64,000 nt of DNA from Candidatus Nomurabacteria bacterium (lineage in GTDB: Bacteria; Patescibacteriota; Minisyncoccia; Phycocordibacterales; UBA9973), in the NCBI GenBank assembly GCA_943350045.1, contig CALQZW010000001.1, positions 9,760-73,759 of the forward strand, given 5' to 3'. Below the pieces are notes generated by a model. It ran no database searches. It worked only from the letters and a program-made list of their open reading frames with translations, and was not told the DNA's origin. This document shows, piece by piece, positions 17,465 to 28,333 of the stretch; position 1 is the stretch's first letter; every line of letters starts with the position of its first letter. The translations under genes and the position numbers were made by a program.

Positions 17465-18565
17465 TTACGCTTCTTTTTCTACGTGAGTAAGAGTCATACG
17501 CTGATCCTTTGGATCAAAGAGTGTGATCTGGAATGTATATGTCTTTCCGAGCTCGAGCTTCTCGCGAAGCTTTGCCTCAGAACCGAAGTTTGAGTGGTGG
17601 ACGAGTCCAGCAACACCCTGCTTGATAGAAACGAGAGCACCGTGTTTGTTGAATTTGATTACAACTCCCTTTACGATGTCACCCTTCTTGAGCTTTCCTT
17701 CGAACTCTTTCCATGGGTTCTCTTTGAGAGCCTTGATAGAGAGAGAAACTTTTCCATCCTTGATGTCGATGACCTTAGCTTTTACTTTGTCACCAACCTT
17801 GTAGAGAGCACGTGGATCTTCCACGAGGCCCCAGTCGAGCTCACTGATGTGTACGAGACCTTCAAGACCTTCTTCAACTTTGAGGAATACTCCGAAGTCT
17901 ACGATACCTGCAACAGTAGTTTCGAGTTCGTCACCTGTTGTGTACTTTCCAACAATTTCCTGACGCTCGTCACTTGTTCCTTCCTTTTCAGAAAAGATGA
18001 GTTTTCCATCCTTTGGAAGTGCTGTAACGATAGATACATTGAGGTGCTTTCCGATGAGCTTCTTGAGTTCCTTAAGGATTTTATCCTTGTCAGAATCTTC
18101 TACACGAGGGTAGTGCTCAGGCTTGAGCTGTGAAGCAGGAAGGAATCCTGCGATACCCTGCCATTCGATGATGAGTCCACCTTTGTTTGCATCCTTAACT
18201 GCGAGGTCAAAGACAGTGTGCTCTTTGATAGCTTTTTCAGCTTCACTCCAGATAAGTGCCTGTTTTGCCTCCTTGAGAGAGAGCTCTACATAGCCGTCTT
18301 CGTTTTCTGTCTCGACAATCTTTGCCTTAACAACGTCGCCGATGTTCATCTTTTTGATGATATCGCGTGCGTTACGGAATTCACGTCCGTAGATGATTCC
18401 AGTACCGTACTGACCGAGGTCAATATATACTGAAGCCTTTTCGATACCGATTACAGGTCCTTCGATGAGCTTTTCTGCTGACAGTGGAGCTGTGCCCTTG
18501 TCTAGAAGGGCATGGATCTCACTGAGCTCGCGCTCTTCGACAACCACTGGTGTTTTTGTTGCCAT
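17465..18565 (-). CDS. rpsA: 30S ribosomal protein S1 (four S1 domains)
   Basis: ANKGGL, GFLPASQL, DFGVF...EGLVHISEL...VSLSIK. Confidence 0.92.
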   Translation of the reverse strand: MATKTPVVVEERELSEIHALLDKGTAPLSAEKLIEGPVIGIEKASVYIDLGQYGTGIIYGREFRNARDIIKKMNIGDVVKAKIVETENEDGYVELSLKEAKQALIWSEAEKAIKEHTVFDLAVKDANKGGLIIEWQGIAGFLPASQLKPEHYPRVEDSDKDKILKELKKLIGKHLNVSIVTALPKDGKLIFSEKEGTSDERQEIVGKYTTGDELETTVAGIVDFGVFLKVEEGLEGLVHISELDWGLVEDPRALYKVGDKVKAKVIDIKDGKVSLSIKALKENPWKEFEGKLKKGDIVKGVVIKFNKHGALVSIKQGVAGLVHHSNFGSEAKLREKLELGKTYTFQITLFDPKDQRMTLTHVEKEA

Positions 18566-18784
18566 AGATATAAAAAAACCGCCTAATGCGGATGTTCTTA
18601 AGGAGGTACTTGAGTATTCTCAAGGGGTTATTCTCCGAAAGGGTTCCCAAAAATGGGGTTCCGACTGGTAATGCCGATATAGTACAGCAAATAGGGGATA
18701 TTCGCAAGGGGTCATTGACTAAACTATATATAAATGATATAATAAGTACAAATTCACTTTTTAAACAAAATAAAACGAAAAAGC

Positions 18785-19045
18785 ATGAAAAAATCTGAAG
18801 GATTCCTCATCGGAGGTCTGATTGTAGCAATAGCATTACACGTCTTCTTTATGGGAGACTGGTGGGTTGAACAATTCAACGCAGTCATCGCCACCATTAC
18901 CGACTTTTTTAGTTGGCTCGGGTGGATATTTCGAAGTATTGTATTTTGGGTAATAATTTTAATAATTACGAGTATATTTTTCCCAATATCAAAACCAATA
19001 ATCGATAAATTATTTAGATTCGTTAAAGAAAAATTTGTAAAGTAA
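18785..19045 (+). CDS. Small hypothetical membrane protein
   Basis: Two hydrophobic segments; own promoter, leader motif and terminator. Confidence 0.6.
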   Translation: MKKSEGFLIGGLIVAIALHVFFMGDWWVEQFNAVIATITDFFSWLGWIFRSIVFWVIILIITSIFFPISKPIIDKLFRFVKEKFVK

Positions 19046-19111
19046 ACAATTCTCAACAACGCCCCCTAAAAAGGCGTTGTTTTTTATTTCTCCGTGGTAT
19101 ACTTTTTTCAT

Positions 19112-19471
19112 ATGGGACTCTATAGACGTTCAATCGATACACATGAGAAAATTATGTTTCCGCTTATCATTCTCCTGCAGCTCTATATTGTGGGAAATGT
19201 TGCCCTACATGAAGGACTTGGTTTGCCGTATGTTATGGCGGTGCATCCCGATTACCAGCTTTTTGTATATTATGTTATCCCCGAAGTCGTGCTCACCGTT
19301 CTCGGATTCTCGCTCAGTATTGCCTTCATCGGCGAGCGTCGTACTCACCATCCGCTTCCTATAGCGCTTCTTGTTTCAAGTTTACTTATTTTCCCAACAG
19401 CAGTATTTTTCCCAAAAGAGTTCACTGAGTTTGCTGGTGACTTGGTATCTGCTATTATGGCTAGCGTATGA
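19112..19471 (+). CDS. Hypothetical membrane protein
   Basis: 3 TM segments; TATACT 8 nt upstream of ATG; stop overlaps next start. Confidence 0.6.
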   Translation: MGLYRRSIDTHEKIMFPLIILLQLYIVGNVALHEGLGLPYVMAVHPDYQLFVYYVIPEVVLTVLGFSLSIAFIGERRTHHPLPIALLVSSLLIFPTAVFFPKEFTEFAGDLVSAIMASV

Positions 19472-20100
19472 TAATCACTTATTATGGAGACCAATTTGTA
19501 AAGATTTCTCAGGGCGATACTGTTATTGCTATTAACCCACCGAGCAAGGAGAGTGGCCGTAGTCCATCGCGTTTTGGAAGCGGGCTTGTCCTCTCTACTA
19601 CTGCACATCCGTTATATAACGGGTACGAAACTGTTACGTATGGTGAAAATGTTCCGTTTGTTATCGATGGCCCAGGAGAATATGAACACTCTGGAGTTGT
19701 TGTTCGTGGAAAAGGCACGACGACTGAGATCGAAGGCACTGAGTACCAGACTACTGTCTACACACTTACACTCGAAGATATTACTATTGGATTTATGGGC
19801 CCAGTGAGCGGCACTATTCCAAGCGCTCTCCTTGAGATTCTCGGTAGTGCCGATATTCTCTTTGTCCCAGTTGGTGGTGAAGGAGTTCTTGAGCCAGCTA
19901 CTGCATACAAGCTCGCAGTTTCTCTTGCTCCAAAAATCATTATTCCAATGGATTACGGAAAGGGCAGAAACAAAGAGGCTCTCAAAGTATTTTTGAAAGA
20001 GGCTGGTGCGAGTGACGCAGAGACGCTTGAGAAACTCACTATTCGCAGAAAGGAAATTGATCAGAAGGATGGTGACGTTATAGTGCTTCAAGAAAACTAA
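19468..20100 (+). CDS. MBL-fold (Lactamase_B_3-like) protein with degenerate metal motif
   Basis: MIITYYG, IDGPGEYE, DILFVPVGG, PKIIIPMDY; HxHxDH replaced by TTAHPLYN. Confidence 0.8.
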   Translation: MIITYYGDQFVKISQGDTVIAINPPSKESGRSPSRFGSGLVLSTTAHPLYNGYETVTYGENVPFVIDGPGEYEHSGVVVRGKGTTTEIEGTEYQTTVYTLTLEDITIGFMGPVSGTIPSALLEILGSADILFVPVGGEGVLEPATAYKLAVSLAPKIIIPMDYGKGRNKEALKVFLKEAGASDAETLEKLTIRRKEIDQKDGDVIVLQEN

Positions 20101-20109
20101 CTTTATTCA

Positions 20110-20334
20110 ATGAAGAAAATTATTCACTCCATTCGCAATAAGCCAAAGCATGTACGACAGCGCATTTTGGTTATCTGCATGGTCGTGATTACTCCGCTAT
20201 TGCTTGCCGGTGGGATATTCTCCTTTTTCTATGGAAGAAACCATTCAAAGCAAGAGGGTAATTCAGTATGGACTGGACTGTTCGACGCAGTTTCTTCTTC
20301 AGCAGATTTCATGATAGAATCCGATAACATATGA
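20110..20334 (+). CDS. Small hypothetical membrane protein
   Basis: Basic N-terminus ([12 protein letters not shown]) plus TM; coupled to gyrA. Confidence 0.6.
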   Translation: MKKIIHSIRNKPKHVRQRILVICMVVITPLLLAGGIFSFFYGRNHSKQEGNSVWTGLFDAVSSSADFMIESDNI

Positions 20335-22808
20335 GCCTAAAGAAACCCCAGAAAGATTCAAGAGATATTCCGAGTGCAGATACTGTACATAATGCAGTAG
20401 TGCCAATCGGTATTGGAAACGAAATGAAGACGTCGTTTATTAGTTATGCGATGTCTGTTATTACTGACCGTGCGCTTCCTGACGTTCGTGACGGTCTCAA
20501 GCCAGTACACCGTCGTATTTTGTACGCAATGCACGAAATGGGGCTTACTTCGAGTGCGAAAACAAAGAAGTCTGCAGCCGTAGTGGGAGACGTGCTTGGA
20601 AAATATCACCCACACGGAGATACGTCTGTGTATGACGCAATGGTGGGAATGGCACAGGACTTTTCTCTTCGTTATCCAACAATCATCGGACAAGGTAACT
20701 TCGGATCAGTAGACGGCGACAATGCAGCCGCGATGCGTTATACCGAAGCAAAGATGAGTAAGGTTGCAGGTGAGATGCTTAAAGACCTCGACAAAGAAAC
20801 TGTTGATTGGCGCGGTAACTATGACGCAACACTCAAAGAACCTATCGTTCTTCCTGCGGGAGTTCCAAACCTTATCCTCAACGGAACACTTGGAATCGCA
20901 GTGGGAATGGCAACAAACATTCCTCCCCACAACCTCACAGAGGTTCTTGATGCTACCTTACACCTTACGCAAAACCCAGACGCTACAACAGAAGACCTTA
21001 TGGGATTTGTAAAAGGCCCAGACTTTCCAACAGGAGGAGTCGTGTATGGAACAAAAGACATGCTTCATGCCTATACATCTGGACGTGGAGGAGTTGTCTG
21101 TCGTGGAGAGGCAGAAATCGTTGAGCAAAAAGCAGGTATCTCTCAGATTGTCATCACAAGTCTTCCATACCGCGTCGTCAAACAAAATCTTGTCATGGCT
21201 ATTGCCGAGCTTGTGCAGGAAAAGAAACTCGAAGGAATCAAGGGTCTTCGCGACGAATCTACAAAAGATATTCGTATTGTTATCGACTTGAAACAGGGAG
21301 TATTTCCGCAGAAAGTTCTCAACTATCTTTACAAGCATACACAGCTTGAGACTGCATTCCATTTGAACATGGTTGCTCTCGTGAATGGAGTTCCTCAGAC
21401 ACTTTCTCTAAAATCTATTCTCGAAGAATTTATTAAACACCGCAAAGACGTCGTAAAGCGCCGTACTATTTTCGAGCTTCGCAAAGCAGAGGAGCGTGAG
21501 CATATTTTACTTGGTCTCAAGAAGGCACTCGACCATATCGATCGTGTCATTTCAATCATCCGTGCTTCAAAAGACGCAGCGCTTGCGAAGCTCAACCTTA
21601 TCAAAGAGTTTAAGTTTTCTGATTTACAGGCAACTGCTATTTTGGAAATGCGCCTTCAGAAACTTGCCGGTCTTGAGCGTAAGCAGGTAGAAGAAGAATT
21701 GAAAGAAAAGCAGGCACTCATTGCCGAGCTCAAAGCTATTCTCGCAAGTGAGAAACGCATGCTTGCCGTTATTGCAGGAGAACTCGCAGATATCAAGGAG
21801 CGCTTTGGAGATGCTCGCCGTACTCGTGTGGTAAAGGGAGGTGTAAAAGAAATCACTGACGAAGACCTTATCCCAGAGCGCGAAAGCATGCTCGTGTTTA
21901 CTGCAGGTGGATATGTAAAGCGCACAGACCCAAGCGAATACCGCTCACAAAAGCGTGGAGGTGTGGGAGTTGTTGACCTTGAAACAAAGGAAGAAGACTT
22001 CGTTACAATGCTTCTCTCTGCGAATACTCACGACGATTTGTTGTTCTTCACAAACCTTGGAAAGGCGTATCAGATTAAAATGTACGACTTGCCAGAAGGG
22101 CGTCGCGCAACAAAAGGAAAGAGTATTATGAACTTCCTCTCGCTCTCTGCTGACGAAAAAGTCATGTCTATTCTTCCTGTTCCAAAGGGACAGAAAGGAA
22201 AAGAGCAGTATCTTTTCCTTATGACTGAAAACGGTACTGGAAAAAAGATGAGCGCAAAACAGTTTGCCGATGTTCGTCGTAACGGAATCATTGCAATCAA
22301 ACTCGACAAGAGTGACTCACTCCGCGGAGCAAACCTTGTGGAAAAGGGAGACGAAATCATGCTCGCAACTGCAAAGGGTCAGTCTGTTCGCTTCAAGGAG
22401 AGTGATGTTCGTGAAATGGGACGCACTGCAGGTGGTGTTCGCGCAATGAAGCTTGGAAAAGGCGACAGTATTGTTGGCTTTGACATCGTAAAGAAAGAAA
22501 CTCGCGACACTGCAGTACTGCTTGTCATGTCTGCAAACGGACTTGGAAAGAAAACTCCACTGAAGGAATACAAGACTCAGAAGCGTGGAGGATCTGGAAT
22601 TAAAACTGCAAAGGTTACTCCAAAAACAGGGGACCTTATTATGGCAAAGGTTGTCACCGACGAAGCTGAACTCATTGCTATGAGTCAGAAAGGGCAGGTG
22701 ATTCGCACAGCCATGGACTCTATCAGTAAACTCGGACGGCAGACTCAGGGAGTGACAATTATGAAGATGCGTGCGGGAGACAAAGTTGCTTCCATTACGT
22801 GTTTGTAA
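20331..22808 (+). CDS. gyrA: DNA gyrase subunit A
   Basis: [26 protein letters not shown], GyrA-box QKRGGVG, pinwheel repeats. Confidence 0.98.
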   Translation: MSLKKPQKDSRDIPSADTVHNAVVPIGIGNEMKTSFISYAMSVITDRALPDVRDGLKPVHRRILYAMHEMGLTSSAKTKKSAAVVGDVLGKYHPHGDTSVYDAMVGMAQDFSLRYPTIIGQGNFGSVDGDNAAAMRYTEAKMSKVAGEMLKDLDKETVDWRGNYDATLKEPIVLPAGVPNLILNGTLGIAVGMATNIPPHNLTEVLDATLHLTQNPDATTEDLMGFVKGPDFPTGGVVYGTKDMLHAYTSGRGGVVCRGEAEIVEQKAGISQIVITSLPYRVVKQNLVMAIAELVQEKKLEGIKGLRDESTKDIRIVIDLKQGVFPQKVLNYLYKHTQLETAFHLNMVALVNGVPQTLSLKSILEEFIKHRKDVVKRRTIFELRKAEEREHILLGLKKALDHIDRVISIIRASKDAALAKLNLIKEFKFSDLQATAILEMRLQKLAGLERKQVEEELKEKQALIAELKAILASEKRMLAVIAGELADIKERFGDARRTRVVKGGVKEITDEDLIPERESMLVFTAGGYVKRTDPSEYRSQKRGGVGVVDLETKEEDFVTMLLSANTHDDLLFFTNLGKAYQIKMYDLPEGRRATKGKSIMNFLSLSADEKVMSILPVPKGQKGKEQYLFLMTENGTGKKMSAKQFADVRRNGIIAIKLDKSDSLRGANLVEKGDEIMLATAKGQSVRFKESDVREMGRTAGGVRAMKLGKGDSIVGFDIVKKETRDTAVLLVMSANGLGKKTPLKEYKTQKRGGSGIKTAKVTPKTGDLIMAKVVTDEAELIAMSQKGQVIRTAMDSISKLGRQTQGVTIMKMRAGDKVASITCL

Positions 22809-22829
22809 AACGTATGATACAATTATTGA

Positions 22830-23357
22830 GTGAATTTTCTCAATCCTGAAGATGCACTCAAACAGTTTGGTATCTACGGCGCACAAGATGTCGCTGATAT
22901 TGGTTCTGGCGCAGGACATTTTTCTTTAGCCGCAGCAAAACGCCTCGAAGGGGGGCGTTTGTTTGCTATTGATATACAAAAAGATATGCTTACGCGACTC
23001 GACTCTCTTGCAAGCGATGCAAGTATTAAAAACATCCACACGATTTGGGGCGATGCAGGAGTATACAAAGGTGTTCCGCTGGCCGATGGTTCGCTCGATA
23101 GGGCAATGGTGGTAAATATTTTACACAGCGCAGAAGACCGTGACGTATTAGCAAAAGAAGTTCGTCGTTTAGTAAAGTCGGATGGAAAAGTTTTGCTGAT
23201 TGACTGGCACGATACTGCCCACATGGGTCCACATCCTCGTCATCGCATCGATGAAGCCACTGCACTCGGATTCTTTACTCGACATGGATTTGAAAAAGAA
23301 AAAGATATCGATGCAGGTGGGTATCACTATGGTATGATATTGAAAGTGGTTCGCTGA
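22830..23357 (+). CDS. Class I SAM-dependent methyltransferase
   Basis: VADIGSGAGHF, LLIDW, GGYHYGM. Confidence 0.85.
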   Translation: MNFLNPEDALKQFGIYGAQDVADIGSGAGHFSLAAAKRLEGGRLFAIDIQKDMLTRLDSLASDASIKNIHTIWGDAGVYKGVPLADGSLDRAMVVNILHSAEDRDVLAKEVRRLVKSDGKVLLIDWHDTAHMGPHPRHRIDEATALGFFTRHGFEKEKDIDAGGYHYGMILKVVR

Positions 23358-23372
23358 TTTTTTTCTATATTT

Positions 23373-24692
23373 ATGAATAGCTTTAAAACAATTGTGCTTG
23401 CAGTATTTATCGGAGCAACCGTTATCGGAGTGCTTGTTTTCTCTGGAATCATAAACATCGGAGGACGTGCGGCCGATGTATCGGTAGAAGGAAGCGTAAC
23501 TCTCTGGGGGACATTTAGTTCTCGCGACATGTCTCCTTTAGTGCAAGATTACAATATCCGCAATCAGAAAATACCAATCACGTATGTAGAGAAAAGCCCT
23601 GCAACGTTTACAGACGACCTTGTTGAAGCGCTTGCTCGAGGAACAGCTCCCGACGTCGTTATTCTCCCTGACAATCTCATAAACCGTTTTGAAGACAAGG
23701 TAACACATATTTCTTTTGCCACACTTCCTGCTCGTACATTTGCCGATACCTTTGTGTCAGGAGCTTCAATTTTCTTGGCGAAAGATGGAGCAATAGGGGT
23801 TCCGTGGGCAGCAGATCCGCTCGTGTTGTATTACAACAAAAATCTTCTTGAAGGTGCAGGAGTTGTTAAAGTTCCTGCGAACTGGAAAGAGTTTAGTGAT
23901 ACAGTGCCAGCAATGACTCAAAAGCGTGAAGACATGACGCTTATTTCTTCTGGCGCCGCTCTTGGAACATTTACAAATATTGCGCACGCAAAAGATATTA
24001 TTGCATTGCTTTTTTTGCAGACAGGAAATCTATTCATTTCAAATGGAGTGCCTGTAGTTCCACATTTTGGCACATCTTCAGTTACTGCAAATACGGCAAA
24101 TGTAGGTCCCGAAGCTCTCAATTTTTTCACTGCGTTCTCAAACCCTGTGAATGACGTATACAGCTGGAACGCAGGACAGCCGCTAGACCGAGATGCGTTT
24201 GTGCGTAGTTCTCTCGCGTACTATTTTGGAACTGCAAGCGAGCTTCCTCTTATCTCATCTTCAAACCCAAACCTCCGTTTCGACGTTGCCTTGCCTCCAC
24301 AGTCATCTGCGACAACTCCAAGCACGACAGGTCGCATCTACGGCCTTGTAATTCCAAAGACTGCGCCCAACCAGCTTCTTTCGTATACTGCCGCAACTGC
24401 ATTTGCAAATACTGCGTCATCAACTGCTCTCGTAGAGAAAGCGGGAACTACGCTTGCTCTTATGCCGGTGCGTCGTGACGTGCTTGCAAACATTCCGACC
24501 GCAGACCCGTATCTTGCACTTATGTACAGAGCAACGCTTTTGCAGCGAACATGGTTTGATCCAAATCCGGTAAAGTCCAATGAAGTGTTTGCCTCACTCG
24601 TGCGTGAAATTACGAGTGGTATTGCAACTGTCGAGCAGGCTTTGTCGAAAGCTGCGACTCAGATTACTGCGCTTTCTCGAACAGCTCTCTAA
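23373..24692 (+). CDS. Membrane-anchored extracellular solute-binding protein (family 1-like)
   Basis: TM anchor; VTLWG, ALARGTAPDV, DPLVLYYNKNLL. Confidence 0.8.
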   Translation: MNSFKTIVLAVFIGATVIGVLVFSGIINIGGRAADVSVEGSVTLWGTFSSRDMSPLVQDYNIRNQKIPITYVEKSPATFTDDLVEALARGTAPDVVILPDNLINRFEDKVTHISFATLPARTFADTFVSGASIFLAKDGAIGVPWAADPLVLYYNKNLLEGAGVVKVPANWKEFSDTVPAMTQKREDMTLISSGAALGTFTNIAHAKDIIALLFLQTGNLFISNGVPVVPHFGTSSVTANTANVGPEALNFFTAFSNPVNDVYSWNAGQPLDRDAFVRSSLAYYFGTASELPLISSSNPNLRFDVALPPQSSATTPSTTGRIYGLVIPKTAPNQLLSYTAATAFANTASSTALVEKAGTTLALMPVRRDVLANIPTADPYLALMYRATLLQRTWFDPNPVKSNEVFASLVREITSGIATVEQALSKAATQITALSRTAL

Positions 24693-24697
24693 AGCCT

Positions 24698-26059
24698 ATG
24701 CGTACTTTTTTGAAAAAAATTCTCTTTGCCGGATTCCTATTTTTTGCCGTAGCTAGTCCGACGTTAGTTTCAGCTCAGACGACATTCCAGCCAGGAGCGA
24801 CTGTCTTGCCGCCTACTGTGCTTGATACGAGCGCTGTGATTCGAGGGGTAGTTACAGACCCCCTTGTGCGCTCTATTTTCATTACCTATGCATCTAGCGA
24901 CCTTAGTCCTGGTGGAGAAGTAAATGCATTTATCGAACCCACGGGAACCTTTTCTGTAGAGCTTTTTGATCTTCAGCCTTCTACTTCATATCTGTATCAA
25001 GTCATTGATGCCGAAACAAACCGCCAGCTCACGGCGTCTTTTCCGTTCCGTACCAAAAGTAATCTATTTAATTTTCGCGTAGAACAAGTTTCAGAGAACT
25101 CAGCTACTCTCTATGGAACGGTAACCAGTACAAAACCTGACCTTCGCATTCTGTGGGGTGAGGCAGAGGTAACTGAATATCAGCATAGCTTTACGCCGAC
25201 AATACGAGGAAACCGCACGTTTGTAGAAAAGCTTACGGACCTCCTTCCGAATACAAAGTACAAGGTAGTGCTTGTGAAGGCCAGCGACGAGAAATCACGT
25301 CTCAGTGGAGTATATGGATTTACTACGCTTGGGATAAACGCATCGCCATATATGGGAGTCGTGAAAGACACACAGGCCACTGTGAATGTTCGTCTTCCAA
25401 GCGGACTGAGCGAAGTCTATGTGTATTATGGAGTTAAGACTGACGAACTCTCAAGTCAGGCTCTTATGAAAGAGGAGGAAACGGGTCTCTATACAACGAG
25501 TTTGACCGGTCTTACTCCGGACACTGTGTATCACTATAAAATAGTTGGGCGTGATGATACGGGAGCGCCTGTTGTGTACGGAAATATTTCAGTGATAGGA
25601 ACTGACGAAGACGGTAAACCTATTCTCTTTGGTAGTATGTTTAGTTTCCGCACTGTGGCAAGTCAGACACCAGTTACAGTTCGCACTATTGTCGACACTG
25701 TCGGCTCACTCGTGGGAAACGGACCTGAGGAGTACAAAGGAGGAATCGTTCAGTGTTCTGGAGTAGACGATGCCGGAAATGTTACCTGTGGCTTTAGTGA
25801 TTTTTTGGCAATGATAAATAGAGTGATTGAGTTCATCGTGTTCTATCTCGTGCCTGCTATCGCAACAATCATTATCATGATGGCTGGGTTCGTGCTTCTT
25901 ACGGCAGGAGGAGATCCTGGCAAGATTAAAACTGCGAAATCTATGCTTAAGAATGTGGTGACCGGAATCGTTATCGTTACCGGAGCATGGCTTTTGATCA
26001 AGACTATTCTGATCGGTATTGGATACAACACGGATATTTTCCCCGATGTCTTTTCATAA
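24698..26059 (+). CDS. FN3-repeat protein with C-terminal VirB2/TrbC-like pilin domain
   Basis: Signal peptide; three L.P.T.Y.Y FN3 motifs; C-terminal C..CGF..F..MI...AGFVLLTAGGDPGKIKTAK...GIVIV. Confidence 0.8.
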   Translation: MRTFLKKILFAGFLFFAVASPTLVSAQTTFQPGATVLPPTVLDTSAVIRGVVTDPLVRSIFITYASSDLSPGGEVNAFIEPTGTFSVELFDLQPSTSYLYQVIDAETNRQLTASFPFRTKSNLFNFRVEQVSENSATLYGTVTSTKPDLRILWGEAEVTEYQHSFTPTIRGNRTFVEKLTDLLPNTKYKVVLVKASDEKSRLSGVYGFTTLGINASPYMGVVKDTQATVNVRLPSGLSEVYVYYGVKTDELSSQALMKEEETGLYTTSLTGLTPDTVYHYKIVGRDDTGAPVVYGNISVIGTDEDGKPILFGSMFSFRTVASQTPVTVRTIVDTVGSLVGNGPEEYKGGIVQCSGVDDAGNVTCGFSDFLAMINRVIEFIVFYLVPAIATIIIMMAGFVLLTAGGDPGKIKTAKSMLKNVVTGIVIVTGAWLLIKTILIGIGYNTDIFPDVFS

Positions 26060-26081
26060 TAACTTGGTATACTACTAGCAT

Positions 26082-26471
26082 ATGAACACATCTTGGATAA
26101 AGAACATTCAGTATAAAGTCACCGCAGTTATAGCGGCAGTGACGATGTTTGCGGTACCGTTTGCAGTCCGTGCCCAGCTCGAAGGTGGCACTGCTCAGAA
26201 AAAGCTCGCGTGGAGTATTAAAAACCCGATCGGAGCAGAAACAATACAGCAGCTCATCATTCAGATTACAAGCGCAATGGTGCTTGTGATGAGTCCAGTC
26301 ATTGTTCTCATGCTTATCTACAGTGGGTTTCTTTTTGTGTATCATGCAAATAATCCGGAGAAGCTTAAAACAGCACAGGCAACCTTATTATGGACTATAG
26401 CAGGAGCTGCAATTATTCTTGGTGCGAAGGGAATCGCCCTTGCGATTCAGGCAACAATAGTACAACTATAA
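26082..26471 (+). CDS. VirB2/TrbC-like (CPR T4SS_pilin) pilin
   Basis: IKNPIG; LIYSGFLFV..NNPEKLKTAQATLLWTIAGAAIILGA. Confidence 0.8.
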   Translation: MNTSWIKNIQYKVTAVIAAVTMFAVPFAVRAQLEGGTAQKKLAWSIKNPIGAETIQQLIIQITSAMVLVMSPVIVLMLIYSGFLFVYHANNPEKLKTAQATLLWTIAGAAIILGAKGIALAIQATIVQL

Positions 26472-26475
26472 TTTT

Positions 26476-26916
26476 ATGAAAAATCTTATCCTCCACCTAT
26501 CTCGCTATAGTGCATCAATCATTTTTGTCCTCGTTCTTATTGCCAGCCCTGTTGTGTCTATTGCTCAAGTATCTGCAGAAACTCAGCAGTCATATTGTGC
26601 CGGTTTTTCAGGTAGTCTTGACCTTGATCAGAAAAAGACAGTCAGTGACGTGCTCAAGTTTGGAACCTGTTTTATTCAAAAATCAATTATCCCACTGTTG
26701 TTTGCAATAGCAGTGCTTGTCTTTATTTACGGAGTGGTCGACTTCATCCGTGCATCAGCTACTGATGGTGGAGATTTAAAAGAAAAGAAGCAGTTTATGG
26801 TATGGGGAATCGTTGCGCTCGCAGTCATGACGGGCGTTTGGGGGCTTGTGGCCATCATTACCAACACGTTTGGTATTGGAAACGTTATTCCACAGCTTCC
26901 TGTTAACCCACAATAG
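26476..26916 (+). CDS. VirB2/TrbC-like pilin
   Basis: IIPLLFAIAVLVFIYGVVDFI...KQFMVWGIVALAVMTGVWGLV. Confidence 0.8.
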   Translation: MKNLILHLSRYSASIIFVLVLIASPVVSIAQVSAETQQSYCAGFSGSLDLDQKKTVSDVLKFGTCFIQKSIIPLLFAIAVLVFIYGVVDFIRASATDGGDLKEKKQFMVWGIVALAVMTGVWGLVAIITNTFGIGNVIPQLPVNPQ

Positions 26917-26987
26917 GTGTGGTATACTTAAATAAAGGCGTATTTCGTCAGGCGGTATATATTAGAAATTAATTTTATTGTATTTTC

Positions 26988-27368
26988 ATGAAAAAGAATT
27001 TTGCAGTGCTCGGTGCTACAGTCGCTAGTTTCCTTATGCCAGCAGTTGTGTTCGCTCAGGACCTTGCAGCACAGTGTGCTGTTGTAGGTGGTGGAACTGT
27101 AGACAGTCTTATCTGTCGCGTATATTCTATCGTTCGCATTATTATTCCTCTCCTTATTCTTGGAGCCGTTGCATTCTTTATATATGGAGTAATTAACTTT
27201 ATTCGTGCAGATAGTGATGACGAGAAGAAAAAAGGAAAGGCATTGATGGTAAATGGTATTATCGGCTTCGCTGTAATTCTTGGTCTCTGGGGTCTTGTTT
27301 CAATCCTTCTTAACACAGCAGGTGTCGGAGGCGGATCTGTAAACCAGGGCGCATTCCCAACATTCTAG
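26988..27368 (+). CDS. VirB2/TrbC-like pilin
   Basis: Signal ending VFAQ; FFIYGVINFI..DDEKKKGKALMVNGIIGFAVILGLWGLV. Confidence 0.8.
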   Translation: MKKNFAVLGATVASFLMPAVVFAQDLAAQCAVVGGGTVDSLICRVYSIVRIIIPLLILGAVAFFIYGVINFIRADSDDEKKKGKALMVNGIIGFAVILGLWGLVSILLNTAGVGGGSVNQGAFPTF

Positions 27369-27389
27369 TTTTCACCCGAGACATCTCTC

Positions 27390-27707
27390 ATGCATGATTT
27401 TCTCATAACACATCTTGGAGTATCAGTTGCATACGCCCAGACAAAAGTGTCACCAGTTGCTACTTTTGTTGGGAAGATAAACCGACTCATCATAAATCCA
27501 CTCATCGTTCTCATGTTCGCTGCGGCCCTCGCTTACTTCATTTTTGGAGTTATGCAGTTTATAGCAGACGGAGCAGAGAAGAAAACTGAGGCGAAAAATA
27601 GTATGCTGTGGGGGCTCGTTGGAATGGCAATCATGTTTGGAGTCTTTGGAATCATTAAACTCATCGAGTCTACGCTCGGCGTGTCGAATGTGAATCCGAA
27701 TCTCTAG
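27390..27707 (+). CDS. VirB2/TrbC-like pilin
   Basis: IINPLIVLMFAAALAYFIFGVMQFI...AKNSMLWGLVGMAIMFGVFGII. Confidence 0.8.
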   Translation: MHDFLITHLGVSVAYAQTKVSPVATFVGKINRLIINPLIVLMFAAALAYFIFGVMQFIADGAEKKTEAKNSMLWGLVGMAIMFGVFGIIKLIESTLGVSNVNPNL

Positions 27708-27718
27708 GAGATATAAAG

Positions 27719-27754
27719 AAAAAGGCATTACACGATTGTGTGTAATGCCTTTTT
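27719..27754. terminator. Bidirectional terminator
   Basis: AAAAAGGCATTACAC...GTGTAATGCCTTTTT between convergent genes. Confidence 0.8.
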
Positions 27755-27757
27755 GAT

Positions 27758-28333
27758 TTACTTTGTAGGACGGTATATTGAATATACTAATGTACCGTAT
27801 TTTCCGTGTTTCTCGCACGGCTTGATTCTTAAATACCGAGAGGAGAGTGAAATTTCAAAGTCATACGAACCCTTTTCCTTGGTAGGTATGCACGTATGGT
27901 GTTGCTCTTCTCCGATATATTTTGTTGAACCCTGCCAGATAACTAAATGAGGTAGGTCAATCGTCGAGAGATGAATTGAGTCATCTTTTGCTATAGTGAA
28001 GTGTAGAACCTCTCCCTTTTTTAGGGGTGTTTCTATCTTCGAGACCAACTTGTATTTAGGCTGCAAGTTCTGACCCCTAAAGAATAGTAAGTAGACGGTA
28101 ACCAAAAATACAATCATTCCGATAAATTTTAGAACCCCCACTGGAATCGATTTTAATGACTCCAGAATGCTTGTGTCTGGTTCGCTTGGACCCTCTGGCT
28201 TGCCCTGGCTTTTCTTGAATGTATCTTCGGGTATTTGCTTTATTATGTACCTAACTATGTACACAATAATAATACAAGATACAATCGCAATTACTGCATA
28301 GAACCCAATTTGGTAATTATTTAGCTGGCTCAT
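27758..28333 (-). CDS. Hypothetical two-TM membrane protein
   Basis: Two hydrophobic helices; overlaps upstream gene. Confidence 0.6.
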   Translation of the reverse strand: MSQLNNYQIGFYAVIAIVSCIIIVYIVRYIIKQIPEDTFKKSQGKPEGPSEPDTSILESLKSIPVGVLKFIGMIVFLVTVYLLFFRGQNLQPKYKLVSKIETPLKKGEVLHFTIAKDDSIHLSTIDLPHLVIWQGSTKYIGEEQHHTCIPTKEKGSYDFEISLSSRYLRIKPCEKHGKYGTLVYSIYRPTK

